From: a virus
Lineage: Duplodnaviria > Heunggongvirae > Uroviricota > Caudoviricetes
IMG/VR virus record: IMGVR_UViG_2778261069_000012
Coordinates: 1 to 30,877 of that record
DNA: 30,877 nucleotides
Strand: one strand, 5' to 3'
The notes under the pieces are model-generated. The model saw only the letters and a program-made list of their open reading frames with translations. It was not told the origin of the DNA and ran no database searches. Shown here piece by piece: positions 9,500-16,476 of the stretch. How positions within the stretch are numbered: the stretch's first letter is position 1; the number at the start of each line of letters is the position of its first letter. A program made the translations under genes and the position numbers.

Positions 9500-9905
9500 T
9501 AATATGCCTAGACTGAAAATCAAACGCGCCTTGCAGGATATTATCGAACAAGATTTAGGTCTGGCTTTAAACGTAGAACAAACTCAGCAAGGCTTTAGTG
9601 ATGACGTGGTTTGTTGGATTACTGGCATGAATGAGACTTACACAAGGGTCCGTGGTGGTAATGCAATGCAAGCTGAATGCGTTATCGAAATGCAGTTGTA
9701 TTCTCAGAATCATGAAACCAAAATTCATGAGGGTATTTGCCAGATAATCCAGATTCAGCCTGATAATCCACGTTTTAAAGATTTGGGCTTCTCTATTTCA
9801 GATATCACTCCAGTAGCTTCTAATACCGATTATGACGATGATTCTAGTGATGGGGGTATCGTTGGGACACTTAGCCTTAAATTTTCTTATCTAGCGCGTT
9901 TTTAA
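9483..9905 (+). CDS. hypothetical protein, head-tail connector or tail completion candidate by position
   Basis: Start chosen at ATG 9483 (SD AGGGGG 5 nt upstream) rather than the SD-less ATG at 9402; overlaps the previous ORF by 17 nt. Confidence 0.5.
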   Translation: MLATVNNMPRLKIKRALQDIIEQDLGLALNVEQTQQGFSDDVVCWITGMNETYTRVRGGNAMQAECVIEMQLYSQNHETKIHEGICQIIQIQPDNPRFKDLGFSISDITPVASNTDYDDDSSDGGIVGTLSLKFSYLARF

Positions 9906-9914
9906 GGGGTAATA

Positions 9915-10748
9915 ATGAATATTACACAAGATAACTTAGACATTTTCACGGGGTCACATGTTGAAGTCTCCGTGTCTACTATGGTGGATAACCAGCCGGA
10001 CTTTTTCGATCCTGCATTTAGTCCTATCGAGAACATCGCAGCATTCCCGACGATAACCGAATCCACAGAGATCCAGACGTTAGAAGAGTATGATCAGGAC
10101 GCTACGGGGAAACTTGCTGGTTATCGTAAACTTGAATCAACTACGTTAGTAGTAAACCGTGTTCTGGATGACGAACATCAAGACATGTTGATGAAAGCGG
10201 TGAATGATAAAACTCCTTTACGCTTTCGTATGTTCTATGTTGTGAACTCTGGCTATAGTGCTGCTAACACAGGTTACTACGTCATTTTTGACGCTTATGT
10301 CTCGTCACATAAAACAAAATCCGGTGATAACAAAGTTACTACAATCGAGTTTAAATTAGAACCTGATGGCGGGATTCTAGATCGCGGTATTGCTACCGAA
10401 GGCCGGATCTTACGTCAAGGTGATTTTGGTTTGGGCGCTGGTGTACATCCATTCACAGGTCCGATTGATAGCGAAGCATTAGCCGGAAACCGTTTCGTAA
10501 CTTATCAGGGATCGAGCGTATCTAATCCATTTAGTGCTGATACTTCACTAATTCACGTTCAACCTAATGAAGATGGTGGATGGCAATTAACTTGCACCGC
10601 TTCCGGCGCACCACGTTTACGAGTTCGCACAGTCCAGAAAGACGGTAATTCTGGATGGGTGAAAGTGTATTCCACAGAAGAAAAACCGACACCAGCCGAG
10701 ATTGAAGCCGTTTCTATCCATGACCGGATCGACTTCGGGGAATACTGA
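9915..10748 (+). CDS. virion structural protein candidate (277 aa) with C-terminal KPTPAEI motif
   Basis: SD AAGGGGTAA; C-terminal EEKPTPAEIEAVS matches a motif in the downstream tail fiber; position just upstream of the fiber gene. Confidence 0.5.
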   Translation: MNITQDNLDIFTGSHVEVSVSTMVDNQPDFFDPAFSPIENIAAFPTITESTEIQTLEEYDQDATGKLAGYRKLESTTLVVNRVLDDEHQDMLMKAVNDKTPLRFRMFYVVNSGYSAANTGYYVIFDAYVSSHKTKSGDNKVTTIEFKLEPDGGILDRGIATEGRILRQGDFGLGAGVHPFTGPIDSEALAGNRFVTYQGSSVSNPFSADTSLIHVQPNEDGGWQLTCTASGAPRLRVRTVQKDGNSGWVKVYSTEEKPTPAEIEAVSIHDRIDFGEY

Positions 10749-10772
10749 TTGCTTCTCTAAATAAAACATGAC

Positions 10773-10806
10773 GCGGGAGGTTAACGCCTCCCTTATTCCT
10801 GTTTTA
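10773..10806 (+). terminator. rho-independent terminator
   Basis: GGGAGG-TTAACG-CCTCCC stem-loop followed by a T-rich tract (TTATTCCTGTTTTA). Confidence 0.6.
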
Positions 10807-10821
10807 TAGTGAGGTGATTCG

Positions 10822-13800
10822 ATGCAGTCGATCCAATTTAAACGAACAAATGTTTCTGGCAAAAAACCAACACCGGAACAATTACAGGTCGGTGAGGTAG
10901 CAATCAACCTTAAAGACCATGTTATTTTCACCAAAGACCGAGATCATGAAGTAGTTCAAATCTCTGTTTCTCCTGAAACTCACGCGGCACTAGAATCTAA
11001 AGTTGATGCTAACAAACAAGAATTGGATAGCACAATTGCAGTAAATGACCGCAATATTCACGCTAAAGTAGATGAAATTAAACAAACTACTGATGCAACC
11101 ATCGCAGCAAATCACGCAGAAATTAACAATAAAGTTGATGTAATTAAACGCGAAACCGACGCGACAATCGAGGCCAATAAAAATAAAGCTGCTTCCGATC
11201 TTGCTGGTGTTAAAGCTGAATTGTCGGATACCATCAACGCTAATAAAAATGCGGCTGCTGTAGCAACTCAGGAACTGGACACCCGCATCAATAAAAAAGT
11301 TGATGATATTAAATCCCGTACCGATGCAACCATCGTAAGCAATCACAAAGCAATCAATGACAAAGTTGATTTGATTAAGGCAGAAACTGACCGCACTATC
11401 GCAGCAAATCACGCCTATGCGGAAAATCAGTTAACTGACACCTACAATAACCTTACTGGTGTGATTGCAGCCAATAAGCAAGAGGCAGCGGATAACGTCG
11501 CAGCATTAACCCGTGATGTTGAAGCCAAAAATACAGCAATTCATAGCAAAGTTGACAATAACAAGTCTTACACTGATTCTGAATTGGCACGCTTAGAAAG
11601 CCGTATTGATGCAGCCGATGGATCAAGTGATGGTAAGTACATCAAAAAGCACGTAAACACTTGCACTGATGGCTATTTGCTGTCTAAGACCGCAAACCCT
11701 TTTGATGATCCGAGTGCTCTTAATCTTGATTACTTTGGTGCATTTCGCATGAATGACCTGGCGGGTCATATTGCAATGATCTTGCATGTTCCGCACCCAT
11801 CCGGCGTTAATCATGCTCGTGGTTTTGAGTTCACTTATGGGTCTAATCCGGTTCATACGGTAAGAACATACGGCTATGATGAATTGGGACATTTGGCATA
11901 TTCTCACCGCATGTATCATGAAGGTGATAAACCTACTCCGGCTGAAATTGGCGCATATTCGAAAGCAGAAATTGACCGCCTGTTCCAGAAGACGCTTAAT
12001 TTTGGGATCGAGGGCGGTTGGTTTAAACTCGGTAGTTTAACACTGCCACAGCAACACGGTCGCACGGCTAAGATTCGTTTAGTGGGTGGTAACGGTTATA
12101 ACGTCGGACAGAATGGACAAGCCAATATTATTGAACTGGTGATCCGTTGCGGCAACAATAGCCCGAAAGGTGTTGTATTCAATGCGTATTATACTATTTG
12201 GTATTATGAACAACATTTTTGTGCAATTCCTACCGATGGTGATAATTACGATCTTTACGCTTACTATGGTGCACATACAGGATTTGTTTTAGCAGAATAT
12301 CAAGTTTCTTCCGGTGGTGTTTCTTTAAACCTGTTGGATACTCCTGAATACCTGGGCGGTGAAAAACCTGTTGCAGATGAAATTTTTGATGCTCTTAACA
12401 TTTCATCGTTCAATAACTTTAGCAACCGTGGAACGTTAAATTTTGGTGGAAACCATCAAGGTCAATATGACATTGAGCATTTGAACGAACAACCGACAAA
12501 TGCTAAAAAGATGTTGCGTCGCTTCCGTAGTTCTGCTCCTGCCACTATCTGGCATGAGACAGTTGATGATAACGCATATCGTCTTGCTACTGGATACGAA
12601 GATACAAATCAGGAATTATTGCTGACAGCAACATCCGGGTTACATGTCAAGAAATTAACATTGGATGGCGGTGTTACTGGAAATTCTGGTATTGATATTC
12701 GTCGAGGACCAAACGAATCAAGTCATTTTAATTTCATGGATTATCGCACTGGACAAGATGTTCGTAATGGTTGGTTTGGTTTTGGTGATGGAACAACCAA
12801 AGATTTTATTTGGTGGAACGATAACGGTCAAAACTCTATAAACCTGATTGAAGATGGTGAATTGCATATTACTGGCGGTAAAGGCCAGAAAATTGTAATG
12901 AATAGCGAAGTTGCATTATCTGAAAATGCTCGTTTGGCTGTTAAAGGTGGCAATTATGGCTTAATTTTTAGAAATGATGGCGTTGGCTTCCATATTCTTA
13001 CCACAGATCTCGGTGATTCATTTGGACCGTGGAATACTCGTAGACCATTCAGCTATAATTTTGCGGACGGTGGATTATATTTAGGTGGTACTGAAACTGC
13101 TCGTTGTTTGCATCTGGGAATTGATGGTAGCACTCGTCTCGAAGACAACCTGTTCTTTAAAGCTGGTTCTCGTCAATCTATGGACTATATGGAACTCGTC
13201 CATTGGGGGGCAAGCAATACAGGTCGAAATAACGTTTTAAGTCTTCGTGACTCAAAAGGATTTTTCGCAGAATTTGAACGATTGGGTGATGATACCATTA
13301 AAAACACCTTCTTCGGGAAACTTAAAGTTAATCGTGGATCTGACGCAATCATCATGAATGCCGAAAGTGGCGATTCGTCTATATATTTGTTGGGTACTTG
13401 TGCTGATAATAACAACTGGTATATCGGTAAAGGTGGTGCTGATAATGGATTAGCGTTCTATAGCTATGCTACTAATGCTGCTATCAATATTACAAACGCG
13501 GGTGATATCGCGCTAAGTCCGAAAGGCGTCGAAATGACTCATGTCAATAACGTTCGGTTCTATGTTCATGGTGAACGTTGGACTGCTAGCCAATCTGGAG
13601 GCTGGGGCGATCAATGGGGATTAGAAGCGCCGATATTTGTCGATCATGGTTATGTTGGACCAGATAGCTATTATCCAATTATTAAAGGAAGAAGTTTAAT
13701 CACCAATCAAGGGTATACAACTGCCGTCGATTTTGGTATGCGTCGTGTTCCTCAAAATTGGGGGCAAGCTATTATTCGTGTTGGATCTGCGGAGGCATCG

Positions 13801-14232
13801 CCAGCGGCTGGTCATCCTCAAGCTGTATTCGAGTTCCATCATGATGGTACTTTCTATTCTCCTGGTAATGGTAACTTTAACGATGTTTATATTCGTTCCG
13901 ATGGTCGTCTGAAAATTAATGTTGAAGATTACGAAGAAAATGCGGTGGATAAGGTAAATAAACTCAAAGTTAAAACCTACGATAAAGTTAAATCTCTTAA
14001 TGACCGAGAAGTTATAGGTCATGAGATTGGTATTATCGCACAGGATTTACAAGAGGTATTACCGGAAGCTGTTAAAACCGCAAAAATTGGTGGTCTTGAT
14101 AACCCAGAAGAAATTTTAACAATTTCAAACTCCGCAGTGAACGCGCTTTTAATTAAAGCGGTCCAAGAAATGAGCGAAGAAAATAAACTTCTTCGTGAAC
14201 GTCTTGCTGCAATTGAAGCTAAATTAGGGTAA
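10822..14232 (+). CDS. tail fiber protein with C-terminal intramolecular chaperone (peptidase S74-like) domain
   Basis: 1136 aa; N-terminal KKPTPEQLQVGEVAINLKDHVIF fiber-type motif; four 22-aa KVDxIKxxTDATIxANH repeats; C-terminal GHEIGIIAQDLQEVLPEAV ... LLIKAVQEMSEENKLL typical of self-cleaving fiber chaperone domains. Confidence 0.85.
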   Translation: MQSIQFKRTNVSGKKPTPEQLQVGEVAINLKDHVIFTKDRDHEVVQISVSPETHAALESKVDANKQELDSTIAVNDRNIHAKVDEIKQTTDATIAANHAEINNKVDVIKRETDATIEANKNKAASDLAGVKAELSDTINANKNAAAVATQELDTRINKKVDDIKSRTDATIVSNHKAINDKVDLIKAETDRTIAANHAYAENQLTDTYNNLTGVIAANKQEAADNVAALTRDVEAKNTAIHSKVDNNKSYTDSELARLESRIDAADGSSDGKYIKKHVNTCTDGYLLSKTANPFDDPSALNLDYFGAFRMNDLAGHIAMILHVPHPSGVNHARGFEFTYGSNPVHTVRTYGYDELGHLAYSHRMYHEGDKPTPAEIGAYSKAEIDRLFQKTLNFGIEGGWFKLGSLTLPQQHGRTAKIRLVGGNGYNVGQNGQANIIELVIRCGNNSPKGVVFNAYYTIWYYEQHFCAIPTDGDNYDLYAYYGAHTGFVLAEYQVSSGGVSLNLLDTPEYLGGEKPVADEIFDALNISSFNNFSNRGTLNFGGNHQGQYDIEHLNEQPTNAKKMLRRFRSSAPATIWHETVDDNAYRLATGYEDTNQELLLTATSGLHVKKLTLDGGVTGNSGIDIRRGPNESSHFNFMDYRTGQDVRNGWFGFGDGTTKDFIWWNDNGQNSINLIEDGELHITGGKGQKIVMNSEVALSENARLAVKGGNYGLIFRNDGVGFHILTTDLGDSFGPWNTRRPFSYNFADGGLYLGGTETARCLHLGIDGSTRLEDNLFFKAGSRQSMDYMELVHWGASNTGRNNVLSLRDSKGFFAEFERLGDDTIKNTFFGKLKVNRGSDAIIMNAESGDSSIYLLGTCADNNNWYIGKGGADNGLAFYSYATNAAINITNAGDIALSPKGVEMTHVNNVRFYVHGERWTASQSGGWGDQWGLEAPIFVDHGYVGPDSYYPIIKGRSLITNQGYTTAVDFGMRRVPQNWGQAIIRVGSAEASPAAGHPQAVFEFHHDGTFYSPGNGNFNDVYIRSDGRLKINVEDYEENAVDKVNKLKVKTYDKVKSLNDREVIGHEIGIIAQDLQEVLPEAVKTAKIGGLDNPEEILTISNSAVNALLIKAVQEMSEENKLLRERLAAIEAKLG
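11065..11430 (+). repeat. in-frame tandem repeats (about 22-aa units) in the tail fiber shaft
   Basis: Four copies of KVD(E/V/D/L)IK(Q/R/S/A)xTD(A/R)TI(A/E/V)(A/S)N(H/K). Confidence 0.6.
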
Positions 14233-14238
14233 TTGGAA

Positions 14239-14258
14239 AGCGGGGAGAAATCTCCGCT
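14239..14258 (+). other. stem-loop with GAAA tetraloop between the fiber gene and the paralog cluster
   Basis: AGCGGGGA-GAAA-TCTCCGCT (8-bp stem, one G.U); no U-tract. Confidence 0.4.
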
Positions 14259-14270
14259 AAGGATTCTTAT

Positions 14271-14567
14271 ATGGGATATTGGGTAAGTAGTGAAATTAAT
14301 ACTAAAATCGATGCTTTAAAATGGCATGTATTTGATATTCCTAACGGCTATGGTACTGCTCGTGCTGGTGTCGCTGTAATGCGTCATAATGCTGGTGGTG
14401 GGTGGTCTGATGCACATATTAACGTAGATGGTTTGACCGTTGCTCGTCGTCGTGGTGGGACCAATTGGGGATCTACTATAAATTCGTTTGTTCCTGCTGG
14501 CTGCACCGTCTCCTTTGGTTTAGGGGGTGAAGGTGGTGTTGAATATTTTAAATTCATGGAGTTTTAA
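14271..14567 (+). CDS. small FDIPNGW-motif protein, paralog 1 of 3 (unknown function)
   Basis: 98 aa; SD AAGGA; shares WxxFDIPNG(W/Y), Gly-rich core and C-terminal TVSF ... YFKF with the two ORFs downstream. Confidence 0.65.
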   Translation: MGYWVSSEINTKIDALKWHVFDIPNGYGTARAGVAVMRHNAGGGWSDAHINVDGLTVARRRGGTNWGSTINSFVPAGCTVSFGLGGEGGVEYFKFMEF

Positions 14568-14569
14568 TT

Positions 14570-14876
14570 ATGGCTGGATGGATAAATCAAAGAATGTCAA
14601 ACGCTATTAGTATTTGGGCTAATGGTGGATATTTTGATATCCCCAACGGCTGGGTTACTGATTCATGCGGAATTGTTTTTGCTCATATGGAAGCCATTAA
14701 CGGTGCTGGTGATCTTGATTCTGAATTGGCTGTAAATGGATTGATTGAATCAGGTCATCATGCTGGTGATACTGGGAGTTGGGGGCGCTAGTTCTTTAGT
14801 TGGCGCTGGTGCTACCGTTAGCTTTACATTGGGTAAAGGTAGTTTGCATTATTTTAAATTCAGGAGAATGCACTAA
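14570..14876 (+). pseudogene. small FDIPNGW-motif protein, paralog 2 of 3, interrupted by a +1 frameshift at a G5 run
   Basis: Frame 2 reads M...GDTGSWGR then stops at 14789-14791; frame 0 continues ASSLVGAGATVSFTLGKGSLHYFKFRRMH to a TAA at 14874-14876, matching the paralog C-termini; the shift maps to GGGGG at 14781-14785. Confidence 0.6.
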
Positions 14877-15178
14877 TGGCATTTTGGGTAGATGGCGCTT
14901 TGGGGAATAGGGCGGGTAAAGCAAATCAAGGATGGTTTGATATTCCTAACGGTTGGACAGCCGACGCTTTCGGGACTATTTCATTCTGTGCTCATTCTTC
15001 CGGTGGTGGCGGTGGTGACTCTGAATTGCTTATTCATGGTTTGTGTGTTTCTGGAAGCCATAAGGGTCATGATTGGGGACAGATTCATTCTTGTATTGCA
15101 CCGCAAGGGGCGGTAATTACCGTTAGCACAAATAGGGGGATCGCTCATCTTCGTTATAGACGTTTGAGCAACCGCTAA
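14876..15178 (+). CDS. small FDIPNGW-motif protein, paralog 3 of 3 (unknown function)
   Basis: 100 aa; SD AGGAGA; ATG overlaps the restored stop of paralog 2 (TAATG). Confidence 0.65.
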   Translation: MAFWVDGALGNRAGKANQGWFDIPNGWTADAFGTISFCAHSSGGGGGDSELLIHGLCVSGSHKGHDWGQIHSCIAPQGAVITVSTNRGIAHLRYRRLSNR

Positions 15179-15232
15179 ATAAATAGAATTACGGGTATGT
15201 GCCCTATTGTTTAAAATAGAAGGAAAAGAATA

Positions 15233-15703
15233 ATGACTACTAAATTTGATATTTTTTCTGGTGGCCTCGTTGGTCTGTTTCTGCATGAAGAAGTAACTAA
15301 CACCGATCTAGACAGTGAAAGCTATCTGGAAATTCCAGAATGTGCGGCTTTCCCGGAAACTGGTGTAGAACGTTCTACTGTCGATGTTCCTAACTTCGGT
15401 GGTCCGTATAACCGTAAGCTGGTTGGTCGTATGTCTGTACCGGATATCGAACTTTCGATCAACTACATGCCGGGTAACGAAGTACACGAAAAACTGATTA
15501 AAGCAACCGAAGACGGTAAGCGCGTACAGATTAAAATTGCTTACTACATCGACGCTACGAAAAAATCTGGTGTACATATCGCTTATAACGGCTTCCTGTC
15601 TAAAACTACCATGACTGGTGGTGAGGATGCTGTAGTAGGCCGTACCTTCACCTTTGTAGTAGATGGTGCTCCGGTTAAACAAGCTGTTTTCCAGAAACTC
15701 TAA
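15233..15703 (+). CDS. major tail (tube) protein candidate
   Basis: 156 aa; directly upstream of the chaperone-position ORFs and tape measure gene; followed by a strong terminator, as expected for a highly expressed structural gene. Confidence 0.6.
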   Translation: MTTKFDIFSGGLVGLFLHEEVTNTDLDSESYLEIPECAAFPETGVERSTVDVPNFGGPYNRKLVGRMSVPDIELSINYMPGNEVHEKLIKATEDGKRVQIKIAYYIDATKKSGVHIAYNGFLSKTTMTGGEDAVVGRTFTFVVDGAPVKQAVFQKL

Positions 15704-15712
15704 TATTATCTA

Positions 15713-15737
15713 GCCATCCTTCGGGGTGGCTTTTTTG
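15713..15737 (+). terminator. rho-independent terminator with UUCG tetraloop
   Basis: GCCATCC-TTCG-GGGTGGC followed by TTTTTT. Confidence 0.75.
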
Positions 15738-15785
15738 TTTCCAATTCTAAATAAACATATCTAATTAACTTAAGAGGAAACAATA

Positions 15786-16094
15786 ATGAATATTAATGAA
15801 ATGTTAGCCGCACTTTCTCCGAAACGCGAATCTCTGACCATCGGTGGATTTACTTTCTATGCTCGCCCTATGTCAGTAAAAGAATTTAACGAACATGTTT
15901 TCAATACCGATAAAGAAGACCGTGATGAACGTTCTATTCTTCGTTGTATTGAAGATGAAGACGGTAAGCCAGTATTTGAATCTATTGAACAAGTTAAGGC
16001 ACTGTATACTAACGTCCGCAGTGAATTAATCGGTTTGGTTGCTCAAGCGTCATTGATGCAAGATCCGGCGGTAATTGAAAACGAGGTAAAGTAA
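15786..16094 (+). CDS. tail assembly chaperone candidate (gpG-position)
   Basis: 102-aa ORF immediately upstream of the tape measure gene; assigned by position only. Confidence 0.45.
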   Translation: MNINEMLAALSPKRESLTIGGFTFYARPMSVKEFNEHVFNTDKEDRDERSILRCIEDEDGKPVFESIEQVKALYTNVRSELIGLVAQASLMQDPAVIENEVK

Positions 16095-16123
16095 ACCCGC
16101 TTCTGAATTTCTATTTCCGGCAA

Positions 16124-16465
16124 ATGATGAGATCGGGGCTTAGTAAAGATGAAATGGATAATATGCCAATCACTCTATTTTGGAAATTATACATTTTCGA
16201 CACCTACTTAGAACCACAAAGCCCCGCGTTTCATGATATGCAGAATGCGATGTTGCAATATTCCATGTATATGACGTCGCAAGGAATGACACGCGAAACT
16301 GCAAAGAAACTCAAGCCTAGCCAATTCCAATTAATTAGAGAAGAAAAACTCTTTAAAACTAAAGAAGAACTGGAAGAAATTGCACGCAAGAAAGAAGAAG
16401 AACGTAAAGCGGCAATGCTGAACATGTTTGATCCATCTTTGCTTGAGAAACTCAGAAGCGGTTAA
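16124..16465 (+). CDS. second tail assembly chaperone candidate (gpT-position)
   Basis: 113-aa ORF in the -1 frame relative to the previous ORF; weak SD; assigned by position only. Confidence 0.4.
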   Translation: MMRSGLSKDEMDNMPITLFWKLYIFDTYLEPQSPAFHDMQNAMLQYSMYMTSQGMTRETAKKLKPSQFQLIREEKLFKTKEELEEIARKKEEERKAAMLNMFDPSLLEKLRSG

Positions 16466-16476
16466 AGGGGTAATTT

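Noticed and set aside
10990-11412. 140-aa minus-strand ORF antisense to the tail fiber repeat region
   Set aside because: Antisense shadow of the repetitive fiber shaft; Cys/Phe/Ile-rich nonsense composition.
11065-11430. Fiber shaft repeats as a diversity-generating retroelement target or template
   Set aside because: No reverse transcriptase gene and no near-identical template repeat in the window; the repeats are in-frame structural repeats.
14892-15116. 74-aa + strand ORF overlapping paralog 3 in another frame
   Set aside because: Alternative-frame shadow; the paralog 3 frame is supported by family conservation.
16079-16094. Lambda-style programmed -1 frameshift joining the two chaperone-position ORFs
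   Set aside because: No X-XXY-YYZ slippery heptamer in the 16-nt overlap; the frame geometry alone is insufficient.
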